Of a DNA stretch of 64,000 nt, positions 11,601-22,306 are shown in pieces. This stretch comes from Marsupella aquatica (taxonomy: Eukaryota > Plantae > Marchantiophyta), in contig OZ316895.1 in the NCBI GenBank assembly GCA_973895155.1, positions 248,001 to 312,000 of the forward strand, in the 5' to 3' direction. How positions within the stretch are numbered: the first letter of the stretch is position 1; each line of letters opens with the position of its first letter. The translations under genes were made by a program, and so were the position numbers. The notes under the pieces were generated by a model. It made no database searches. It was not told the origin of the DNA and was given only the letters and a program-made list of their open reading frames with translations.

Positions 11601-13328
11601 AGGGAGAAGGACGAGATGCTCGAACAGAATTACGCCAAGATGAATCAGATGGAGTCTGTCATCATTACAGAGCTCGACAAGGAGCTAAGAGCAACCCAGG
11701 AGGAGAGGACTACCTTGAAACAAGAACGGGAGGAAGCCCAGAAGGAACTAGAGGAGGCACGCAAGGACCTGGATGAGACCCAGGAGGAGTTGGAGGAAAT
11801 CACGAGGAAGATGGAGAACCTCCAGCGGCGGGCCGACAACCAAACGGAGCGGCTGAAGAAACAAGCCGCAGTATTTAAGTGCTTGTCTTCATCAGGCCCA
11901 ACTCCAATTGGGGCAACCAAGTTACCAGGAGTGGTACTGGCCAAAAAAGCCGCGCCACCTGCACCAGTGCCGGAGGTAAGTGGGAAGGGGAAGGGACCAG
12001 CTGCCGAACCAGAAAAGAAGAAAAAGCGGAAACCTTCAGGGTCAAGGAGTAATCCGACTCCACAAGCCGTGGTGACCAAAGAGGTAGAACCAGCACCATC
12101 CTCCGACATGAATACGACAATAGATCCTGCTATGATCACAGGTGGGGGTGGTGCGGCCCAAGCCGAACTACTCAGTAAGGAGGCCGGTATTCCAGATCCG
12201 CCTCTTGAGCAGGCCGGGGAGACCGTAGCCGAGGCTGAGGCCGTAACCGATTCTCGAGCCGATGCCGACGCCGATGGTGGACCCAGTCAGGCCGATGGAG
12301 AGTTGACTCAGTCAAGGGCAGGTAATCTGTCAGGGAATGAGCCTACGGCAGTGGCTGAGGAGGAAGCGTTGGGGGCGTCCATTAAGGATCCACCACCGGT
12401 GTCGTGACGGTGCAAGGGCGCCGTTCCTTTTAGGGAGGGCGGACGTGGAGGGAGGAGGCGTGAGTGGGCAGGGCGGGCGCGGATCTCCACGTTTAGGATT
12501 AGGATCAGAACCAGGAGCGGCCCTGACACTTAGCTTAGTGGGATTGCGGTCCCACTGGTAGGAGCAACACTTGTGCTCCTGCCTTGCTGTACATAGGTAG
12601 ATTCGGGCAAGTAGATTACTGTTAAGTAGATTAGGCTTACGATGCAAAGAATGGCGGATCCACTACCAGGATAAGTACCTGGGCAGCGGGGAGCTCAGGG
12701 CCTCTTCTTTAGCAAGTTTTTAGTTTGCACCAGCCGGGCTGGGATCAAGTAGTACGAGAAGCTCTCGGTTAGTCATACAGTGACCCTTGTGTATATTCAT
12801 GTTTCCTCATGCCTAAGAGCTGAATAGAGTTGGCCTCACGGCTTAGTTCGCAGAACTTGTGTATGAGATGTACTGTTTGTATGGCAAGTGCATGGTATGA
12901 CTCAGTCAGAATGAGTCATTTTGCTATTTGTGTGTCGCATTAACTTGTGTGAAGAGTGCCCACATCAACAGAAGGAAGGAAAGTAAGCAGGGGAGTGAGA
13001 GTTGGATGTGTCGAGCTGAGAGAGGTCTTAGCGGCTTAACCAAGCCTATTGGGGATCATTCCGGCGGCGGAATCCAAACATACCTAACAAGACGGAGGGG
13101 AAGACAGGGGAAGACAGGGGAAGGCCTATATTAGGCCGGCTACGTATCTCATGACCCGATGAAGGATCTGTCCAGTATATGTGTGTAAAATGTTAATAGT
13201 AGTAGTAGAAGGTTAGTAGCGTCCCATGCCGCTAAGCCGCGGAAACGGCCTCGCCAAGCACGAAACCTGCGGGAATCGGCTTGAGCTGGGGTGTTTCTTG
13301 GGTTTAGGGAGCCATGGGACGCACCACA
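8663..13328 (+). mobile_element. Copy B of the 4.66-kb ORF-bearing LTR-like/TG..CA unit
   Basis: TGTGATGCCTAG at 8663 to GGGACGCACCACA at 13328; ~99% identical to copy A by eye. Confidence 0.93.
9037..12407 (+). pseudogene. Copy B ORF, split by a 1-bp deletion near 10836
   Basis: ORFs 9037-10908 and 10986-12407 together match the 1123-aa protein. AAGCAG-AGGAGG here versus AAGCAGGAGGAGG in copy A. Confidence 0.85.
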
Positions 13329-14150
13329 AAGCTCTGATTGATTATTGTACTACTTCTCGTGATCATCCTGGGGCAAATGGATTGGCTGAGAGAGTAGTGC
13401 AAACTATGAAGAGAGGGTTGCGCAAGTATGGCTTGCAGGTTGGTCACCTAGGAGATTGGGATCTTTAGTTGCCTTGGTTAGCTATGGGCTACCGCTTTAG
13501 TTGACAAGCATCACTTGCATCCTTCTCACCTTATTTCTTGCTCTATGGTAGAGAACTAGATTTATCAATAGCTATTCATTGTGATACTGCATCAATTGTG
13601 AACTTGGATAATCCTGATGTTTGGGTCAAGGTTTGTTCCGAGAGGGGCAAGGTTTTTGATAGAATATATGATGCCCATGGCCTTTGACAACCTTGCCATT
13701 GCCCAACATCGTGATACTCTATGGTATGCCACTATTCGTGGAGGAGGTTATCGTGCCAAGATTTGGTGATTGGACCATCATGGTGATTATGTGTATTTGC
13801 AGCAGATAGCACCCACTACACTTGGTGTGACCGCAAGTCGGACCATTTTACGTGTGCGTGAAGTGCTGTCTTTTGGTGTCCTAATGTTGGAGGGACGTGA
13901 TGGTATGGTTTGGAAGCATCATGTGCGCAACTGTGCACCATGTCATCTTCCAAATATTGATGACCGTGTAGTGGATCCAAGCTTAGCACATGTTCGTGCT
14001 GGTTTGAAGTATATGTTGTGCGGATCTGCTCAAGGAGTAGCTACTATGTTGATTTGGGATAAGCGTTATAGAGGATGGCACATGTCGTGTTTGACACCAC
14101 CTTTGCAGGTGATTCTTTGTAGATCATGGTTGTGTCCTCAATGTCGGTGA
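13329..14150 (+). mobile_element. Decayed Ty3/gypsy integrase C-terminal half followed by a PHD finger
   Basis: ALIDYCTTSRDHPGANGLAERVVQTMKRGLRKY (integrase catalytic Glu region), SPYFLLYGR, then CGS..MLIWDK..RGWHMSCLTPPL...WLCPQC. Stops and frameshifts present; truncated on the left by copy B. Confidence 0.8.
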
Positions 14151-14690
14151 AACTGACTAGTTATCATTTGTGTTCTCTTGGAAGAATGATATGGATTGCA
14201 GGTAGGTGATTGATGGGGCTCACTTGCACCCGGCCTCTTGATCTTCACACCAGAAAAGGTGTATATCAACCTTGTAGAAATTATGGCTAGCTAGGGTTAG
14301 GGGACTTTACTCCCAGCTAGGGAGACGATTGGGTTTTGGGCATGTGTGGACACGAGTTCCACTTGTATTCTATTCTCTTGTGTTTGTGACATGGTAGTGT
14401 GACTATGTTTGGATGTATGTGACAAACAATGTATGTTGTGTAGCGATGTGTATGCGCACGACAACTATAAGATGACCCAAAAACACCCACCAACCATTAA
14501 TATGGGACTCCAAGCCTACATAGACAACATGATTTTGCCTAATGTGCTAACATGCCAACCAACATCGATCCACTCTCACACCATAGCCATACTCACACTG
14601 ACGACAAGACCCTACTAGTGTAAGAAAGCTCAACTTGGAAGAATGAGGTCTTTGTCAATCCTCATTCTCCAAGGTATGTTCCTTGATTTT

Positions 14691-15036
14691 TGTTGAGCAT
14701 AGATGACATTCACAACGGTAAGCACATCACACATCCAACACGCAAATTGTAGTCGACACAAGAAATACATGGTTCATCTCCTTGAGGCTACGTCCATGGA
14801 AACACACAAGAGAGCTTTATTGAACTCTAAGCCCGTAGACCATATCAAGTCTCCATAGTGTAAACTCTCTTCATCTCTCAAGTGGCTCTCTAACAATGAG
14901 CCTTAGTTCCATCTATCCAAGCATACACCTCTAAGGATATAATGTGCAACTTAGTTAACCTAATCACATCTTTGACTACGGTTAGCCTAACTATGGTTAC
15001 AATTGTAACCCTAGACCTAAAAGTAAATACCTAACA
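14691..15036 (-). mobile_element. Solo LTR related to the Copia LTR at 35253/41313
   Basis: TGTTGAGCATAGA...AGTAAATACCTAACA; shared core CCTTGAGGCTACGTCCA; TSD ATTTT at 14686-14690 and 15037-15041. Confidence 0.9.
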
Positions 15037-15955
15037 ATTTTGAGGTCTTCACCAAGGCAGAAATTGACCGAGGGAGTACAAAGAGGCTTTGGTATAGCAT
15101 CCAAATCTAAAGGCATCTTTTGTAGGGATGACTAGATTATCAGTCGGGTTTATGCAAGCACTTAATAAAATTTATACAATTCCCAAAGACATTGTTCTCA
15201 ATTGGTTTTGTTGGGAATGGAAGCACTTTCAGTCTGACAATTATCTGGTTGATTTGTTATCAATTATTCTATAAGGTGCTACAGTTTCAGATTGTTTAAA
15301 GGCGGTTTTGCACAGGCACACAAAGTGCGTTAGTTGGAAGTGGATAAGGGGGAAAAAGGCATCAAAAGAGGGGGACTTTGATGATGAGTTTTCACTCCCA
15401 GGAGCTCAAGGTGATCCAACACAAGATCTACTTACGAGCACCTCGGGTGGACACAATGAAATTGACCTGGAGTAAGGTGCTTATCCTCTTGATTATACCA
15501 AGTCATATTATGGTTTTCAAATTTTATTGCTACATTTTCCTCTGTCTATAACTGATTGTGTTGGTTGCATCAGTCATAGGTAGAAGGAATGGTTTTCTGA
15601 GGACAGGTGTAGTCTTCAGAAGGAGACCAAAGGATCCTTTTTACTGACCCTAGAGTAGCCTTTTACTATGCCTTGCTATGTCGAGAAGTCCGCAAAGGAG
15701 GCTGATGAAGAGCGTTCTGACATCGGAAGGTCGAAGGCCGGATCAGGGCGCTTGGAGTAATTTAGATCTCCCATATTTTGTAGACGATGAGACGGGTAGT
15801 GTTAAGGAGCATTTAGATGAGTCAACCAAATCTACCAGTAGTGATCTCAGTAGCAGAAGTAGTTTGAATGATTCTGATTCGAACACATCGTATCAATTAG
15901 GATAAGCAGGTGGTTATTTCAATGGGGAAAGGGTAAAACAGGGTTCCAGAGAGAG

Positions 15956-18900
15956 ATGGGGGACGAGAAGGCGGCCCCCTCGAGTGCAGGCAACGATGAA
16001 GAGGATGTGTACTGGGTGCGCGCAGGATCCGATTCGTTGGGAATTGTGGTGGCTACAGCCTGGATGCTGTCTAAGCCACGGCAAGTCCAGAAGCACGCTC
16101 ATCTCTATGCTTCATGTGGTTGGGATAGTCTCGTGAGCCATCCATACGTCTTAAACATGTTAGTCCTCGTCTCTTCCCTACGTTTCCTACAGATGTTGTC
16201 CTTTACTTTCCACAGCGATCATAGAAGATTCTGTTCGAGGTAATGGTTCAGCAGGCTATTTCGATGCAACATGCGATGGAATATGTCGAGTATATTACTA
16301 AAAAATAGAGAATGCACTTGTGACCCAGGGATAGAAAGTATATATTGTCGGAATGGAGTTTAGTGGCATATGAACTGACTTTTCATGTGGAAAAATACTC
16401 TACGGACACAAGAGTTTAGGCTTTAAACGTTTTTGGGCCAAAGGCTTTTCATATACAAAGATACTTTATGACACAAGATTTTAAGCTTTTAAAGGTTTTT
16501 GGGCCAAAAAAGCTTTGCGGACAAAATTATTGACCAGCGTGCACTCGAGGTCATACATTGAATGCCATGAACTGCTTGATATTCAATGAAGCCCTATACA
16601 TCCTCCTCACAGAGATGATCAGAGTTACTTCCTTGCAAAATAAAACAAGCAAATTTGATCTCAACGTATGACAAACTAATCACAACATCAGGCCACAAGC
16701 GTATTGTGCTGTAATACTTAGAAAAAGGGCTGCCATGTGTTCTTCACCGTTATGATGTCATGAAGGAAGACTATAAGGGACAATTGTCAACATTTTGGAA
16801 ACGCTGCTTTCATCATCGAAGGTCAGACTTGCTCTTGGTTGTATCGGTTTAGTGAGTCAGTGGAATCTTGCGTGATAGAGCAGAATCTGATTGTGCATAA
16901 TATGGTCGGTTTGATGCAGCTGGGCTCCACGCTGGGCAAGAGCATTGGCAATTCGCGTGTTGGACAAGTTGGTTCAGGTGGGAAAACACGAGTTACTAGC
17001 TTGAATGTTCAGCTTTTCTGGCAGTGAGTATTACTGAATTTGACTCATACTGATGATGTGGACAGGAAGTAACCGAGAGACCGAGACCCATTGTGTTTGC
17101 AACATTCTCAGGTGGAATGAAGTCTTGCCTGTACCAGATCCTTCGGGTATGATTGTGTCGTTCATGCTGGGTACAGTGATGAGAAGCCCTGTTGTAAAGC
17201 AGTTACATTTCTCACGATCTTTTATAGCACAAGGAGATTTATTTTGTGAGAGCCTATCACTAGTGAAGAGAGTGAGATCGTTGAAGCTTAGTCTAATCGA
17301 ATTGTTTTCCCTTCAGATCCTTGATGAATGCTATGAAGGCGTCCACTCTAATTTGGTATGTTCACATAAATTGTTTTAATGACTAGAAAGAAGTGATGTA
17401 AATGAAGATTTGAATCAATGTGGAGTAAGAACTGAAGGAATCCTTTTACAGCATCGCCAGTCCTTGGCTAAATCGGTCGATGTATTGTGACGTGCTGTTT
17501 TCGTTTCTAATTGAAAGTTCTACATCATGGTATCCATCCTCGCAGTGGTTGCAAGTTGGTTGCTTTTTGAATTTTAAGTTTCTTTCAGACTTAGTTGTGA
17601 AACGTGTGGCTGTTATTGCAACTGAGTGCAGACAAAGTACAGGATTCTAAGGGACTGCTATGCTGGCCAAATTCACGACTCTAGCCCAATAGACCATGTC
17701 AGTTCCGCAGGAGCTGATTTTGTCTCCCACCCAAGCGTTCTTGGATTGAAGAGAAAGATCGCAGCTATAAGCTGGTCGGCCCGTGCTTTGGCAAAGACGC
17801 TGGACTTCTTTATTCTTCCCAGAGCTGAAAGGGAGCGAGCTGACATGTGGGACATTATCTACAAAACAGCGGTATAATGAGTTTACTTGTATATCCATTT
17901 TGTTCTCATACGGGGACCTACATGCACTCACGTTAGAAATTTTCAATCTGGTGAGGTGGGGGTGGAGAAGGCGTCTGAAGCGATTCTGAAATTGAATACT
18001 GAAAGGTTAACTGCAGTTGTACTTGGTGTTGAACTGTAGAGCTAACGTTACGGCCAAGGAATCAAGACGGTAGAATTCACTGTCTGTCCTTGGGTTGCCA
18101 TTCCAGTCCTAGGGCTACTATATTTCTGCTCCTAAGATCCTCTTGTATATTCCTCGTTAGGGACCCTCTTCTACAGTGGATAGAAAATTCCATTGACGTT
18201 CATCATTTCCTGTGTTGAATTAGTATGCATGGCAAATAATTTGTTCCTCTTGGCAGGCATGGGGCCCTGTTCTTGTTCTCTGTTCGAAAGACGATGAGTT
18301 GGCGCCCTTTGAAATGATCGAAAAGTACACCTCCAGATTGTCAAGCCTTGGGTGCAAAGTTACAATGACTGTGTGGGAGAATTCTCCTCACGTTGGTGAG
18401 AAAAGCCGTCTTCCTGTGGCTCGTTTATTGTCCTTTGTGTCTTTCATGTCGTGAGCACGCTCATGGACAGCAGCTCATGAATTCAGCTTGTGTGACATTG
18501 GCTAGCGCGGAGAAGGATAACAGTGGCATTGTCTTTCCATGAATTTGCAAGGCCAAGTCACAGCTGTTTAGACATGTGAAAGATCTGTCTTAGGCTTGGT
18601 TTATCAATTGAGAATACTTGAAAATTTCCTCTGGCTTCGCCTGGAAAGGGAATCTTACTTACAGGCGTTGTCATCATGTCTCCAGGTCATTTGAAAAAAC
18701 ATCCCGACAAGTACAAAAATGATGTTGCAGCCTTCCTCTCTGATGCAGTAGGATTATTTAAACTGACAATGGCCGGTACATTACTCGATGGTTTTCATAG
18801 TCCTGGCATTAATGGGTCCGTATTGGGATCTAGGACATCTAGCTCTAAATTTTGTGGGCAAAAAATAGTCCTTCAAAACCTGAATCCGCTAACTAAAAGA

Positions 18901-18960
18901 CTTGAGTCACAACCGTCCACTAATGCTAGAATCAGGGTTTTGATTCCTTCACGGATGTGA
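15956..18960 (+). CDS. TMEM53/DUF829-family alpha/beta-hydrolase-like protein, 7 exons (15956-16158, 16920-16977, 17066-17146, 17317-17355, 17632-17871, 18257-18395, 18686-18960)
   Basis: GT-AG exons join in frame: GIVVATAWMLSK..., PIVFATFSGG, GQIHDSSP, LCSKDDELAP, WENSPHVGHLKKHP, which are motifs of plant DUF829 proteins. Confidence 0.85.
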
Positions 18961-19149
18961 AACGCTGAAACTGATGGTCAAGCATTGTACATGAGACTAC
19001 GGATGTTCAGCTGTAGAATGGAATTAAGATATTCTTTGCCCGAAACTCATGTGGCCGTGATCTAGCTTGAAATGTTTTTTGATCGAGGACACGGTCCCAC
19101 CGATTAACATCATCCGTTATTGGGATGTGTTAATTACTAGCTTCGGTCC

Positions 19150-19272
19150 GATCATCACAGAAAAATGGATATAAACTACCCAGCTCTGTATCCTTAACAA
19201 GCACAAGGACGACACGATCATCACAGAAAAGTGAATATAAACTACCCAGCTCTTATCCGTACCAAGCACAAA
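19150..19272 (+). repeat. Imperfect ~67-bp tandem duplication between two convergent genes
   Basis: GATCATCACAGAAAA...TATAAACTACCCAGCTCT...AAGCACAA x2. Confidence 0.85.
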
Positions 19273-19547
19273 ATAAGAAGACAGTTTTATTCTGTAGACA
19301 GCAAATCGTAAAATCCTTACTATCTTTTAGACACAACTGTCTCCACATGCTAATGCAATATAACAAGGACCATAAGTGCCTTTGTGTTGCACATTGGTTC
19401 ACCAGCCTCACCAAGTTCGAGTAGGCTATCTTAAAGGTAAAGATTTTGCGGTATCTACTGTGTATTGTAAAGATGTGTTGCATGAGATAACGTCCTCCGG
19501 AATTTGAAGGATTCCAACACTAACCTCAATCGCAAATTGGACAATTC

Positions 19548-20405
19548 CTACTTTCCAGGATGCCACTTGATGCTGCATCCAATACTAGGCTTTTGGTTGC
19601 TTGGTATTGGCTGGCCCGATAGAAGAGCGTCAGCTGCTGCCTTTAATTCTCGACCAGTGGGAGTTGCATTGGTCCTTGGTCGAGTTTCATCGTACCTCCC
19701 ATGATATGCAAGCTCAAATGGCTTTCGCCCATCCTTCTTGAAGAGGAAAAAGTCAGGGGTGCAGACAGCCCCATACGCCTTGGCAACCTCCTGGGTCTCA
19801 TCATAAAGATAAGGAAACGAGTACCCATAAGTTTCTGCATCCTCTGCCATGTAAGCGGGTCCATCCTGAGGATGCGTTTCGACAGAATTAGAAGATATGG
19901 CAACTACTCCCAGCCCTTTCTGCTGATACTCCCGCGCAAAATTCGCCAGAGACTCTTTGAGATGCACCACGAATGGACAATGGTTGCAGATGAACATCAC
20001 CAGAAGGCCCTGCTGATCTTCGAAATCGTCCAGCTTCCAGGTTTTCCGGGTCAGAGGCTCCGGCAGCTCGAACGCCGGAGCTCTCAATGCAAGCGGCACT
20101 TCCTTTGATTCCATCCTCGCTGCCCGAACGGAGACTGGTCCAGTTCGTTTTCCTGCAGACGGTAGCTGATGATGCTGAAAGCGACACAGATTGGTGAGCG
20201 CAGCAACAGAGAGGGACGAAATTCCGGAGCTTCGAGAAAATATGTGTTTCTGTCTGGGGCAAAGATGCGCACGCGGAGCGGGGAGGAGCGGGAAGTGGAG
20301 ACGTGTTGTAGTTGTTGTTGCGGAAGTAGTAGCACTACGGAGGGGCCAGGCGCAAGCAGTGGTACAGAGGTCGTTGCGGGACGAGGAGAGGAGTCTTGTC
20401 GCCAT
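19548..20405 (-). CDS. Plastid-targeted thioredoxin-fold AhpC/TSA (redoxin-like) protein, intronless
   Basis: Ser/Thr/Arg-rich transit-like N-terminus, then APAFELPEP, LVMFICNHCPFV, YGAVCTPDFFLF, PSIGCSIKW. The first ATG (MATRLL) is taken as the start. Confidence 0.9.
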   Translation of the reverse strand: MATRLLSSSRNDLCTTACAWPLRSATTSATTTTTRLHFPLLPAPRAHLCPRQKHIFSRSSGISSLSVAALTNLCRFQHHQLPSAGKRTGPVSVRAARMESKEVPLALRAPAFELPEPLTRKTWKLDDFEDQQGLLVMFICNHCPFVVHLKESLANFAREYQQKGLGVVAISSNSVETHPQDGPAYMAEDAETYGYSFPYLYDETQEVAKAYGAVCTPDFFLFKKDGRKPFELAYHGRYDETRPRTNATPTGRELKAAADALLSGQPIPSNQKPSIGCSIKWHPGK

Positions 20406-20513
20406 GGCAATTGCTGCTGTGGAGATCTTTGTGTGGGACACCGAAAAGTAGGTCACTTACACTCCCGTTCACGGGTCCGGAGTTCCTATGGGACGAGCTG
20501 GGAGCGGAGTCAC

Positions 20514-20690
20514 GGGATTAGCATTTAATGTTATAGTTCAATAAACATTGACAGGAAACTCCTACCCAAATTGAATATTGACAGGAAACTCCTACCTCAG
20601 TAACTAGGGATTATTCTTCTAGGAGTCAAGGGATTAGCATTTAATGTTATAGCTCAATAAACATTGACTGGAAACTGCTACCTCAGTAAG
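20514..20690 (+). repeat. Imperfect duplications upstream of the thioredoxin-fold gene
   Basis: GGGATTAGCATTTAATGTTATAG.TCAATAAACATTGAC x2; ATTGAC.GGAAACT.CTACC x3. Confidence 0.85.
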
Positions 20691-21325
20691 AAACCCTACC
20701 CTCAGTAATTCGCTTGGTTAATTAGTTCACTTGGTTATGTAAGCTTGATGTTATTCAACAAGTTGGAAATGAAGAGTTTGGTTTGACTATTGACATGAGA
20801 AAGAATAAATGGAGGATGGTGAATGAAGTGGGTGTTACTATAGTTAGAACACTTTCAGTTTCATTGCATACACAGAGGAGATTCATTCACTTGTACTAAT
20901 ATGTTCATGCAATTCATGTAGCATTCTATACAATCCATGTAAAAACATTATAGAAATCCAAAGGTTTTTTACTTTCCTTTGGTATTCTTTTCTCCATAGT
21001 AACCAAAGGGTTTCTCATGTGCCCTTGGTATTCCTCTGTCCACAGTAACCAAAGAGTTTCTTACATTATCATGGTAATAAATGTTACAGAAGCCGAAGAG
21101 TTTCTTTCAAAAATTTGTCAATCCAAGAATTTGCTTGAAAACACTGATAAATCAATCAAATCCATAGATTATTCTCTTTAACCCCATTTCTACCCATGTC
21201 TTTGTTTATTTGAAGTGTTACTTTCCAGTTTACATTGTTTCTACAATTACAGGTCTAGTTGTTTTTCTTTGTTTTGTCTCAAACACAAATAGTTATGTTT
21301 GGTTCTTCTTCAATAATTAATTTTT

Positions 21326-21511
21326 GTTGTTTATGACCTATAGTGTTCATGTGCAGTGCTTCCAGGGATTTTGAAAGGAGCTTCCCATGCTTCTAGGGAT
21401 TTTGGAAGGATAGTTCTTGTTTATGACCTATAATGTTCATGTGCATGTGCTTTCAGGGATTTTGAAAGGAGCTTCCCATGCTTCTAGGGAGTTTGGAAGG
21501 AGCTTCCCATG
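21326..21511 (+). repeat. Imperfect ~91-bp tandem duplication with GGAGCTTCCCATG subrepeats
   Basis: TTGTTTATGACCTATA.TGTTCATGTGCA...GAAAGGAGCTTCCCATGCTTCTAGGGA x2. Confidence 0.85.
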
Positions 21512-22306
21512 GAGGTCTGTAAACACGTTACAGCCGGTTCCCTCTCCTGGAATGAAAGAAAGCTCTAAGTGTCGCTAGCTGCATGTGTTTAAGGTTTAGG
21601 GTAAGAATTTGGCAGGGATTATGTTGGGGAGATAAGTATGGACCAAGGCACTCAGGCTGACTTAACAAGATGTTGGGGCACTTGTGACTTATTTCCACCA
21701 AAAATCTTTTGAAATGAAATGCAAATCACTTGATCTGTTCAGCTCCAGTTTGGACCACATCTAGAGTGGTCAAAATTCTGGACCATAACATACAAGTCAT
21801 AAGCAATTCCTTCTCACTGCTGCCATGTAGGATTGGTAGACACCATGCTTGAATAGGCAGTGAGTTCTTGTAAAGCCAATTGCAATGTTTTCACTCATTC
21901 TATTAGAGAATTAAAACAAGAATATGGCCCCCAAAGTCTTGTAAGGCCACCTAGCTAAAATTTTGTGTAACAGACCTGGTCTAGTGAATGACTGTAACGT
22001 ACATTTAGTATCACAAGGCAATATGACCCACCATCTGCTCCTCAACCATAACTTGATCATATCAGAATTGATCAACTCTATTGTAGTCATGTCCAACTCA
22101 TAAAACTCGATGTGAAGCCTCGGGCCTCTGGACCGTGACTTTTTTAGGCGCAACCAGAGTTGAGGGTGAGGGTGTGAGATGAGTGGGCACAATGAATACT
22201 TTCCATACATGACTCTTACAGGAGGGCGTGCCTGAGTAATTGTGAAAGGGCCAAAGACTATGTTGACAAGTAAAAAATGACCAAAAAGAAGGTCGCAAGT
22301 TTGCCT

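Noticed and set aside
293-13134. Many short ORFs overlapping the 1123-aa ORF copies on both strands
   Set aside because: Shadow frames of a GC-rich coding repeat; they recur only because the DNA is duplicated.
21560-22210. Possible decayed DNA-transposon (hAT-like) coding relic on the minus strand
   Set aside because: Only a DFWWK-like word; no TIRs, TSD or convincing frame.
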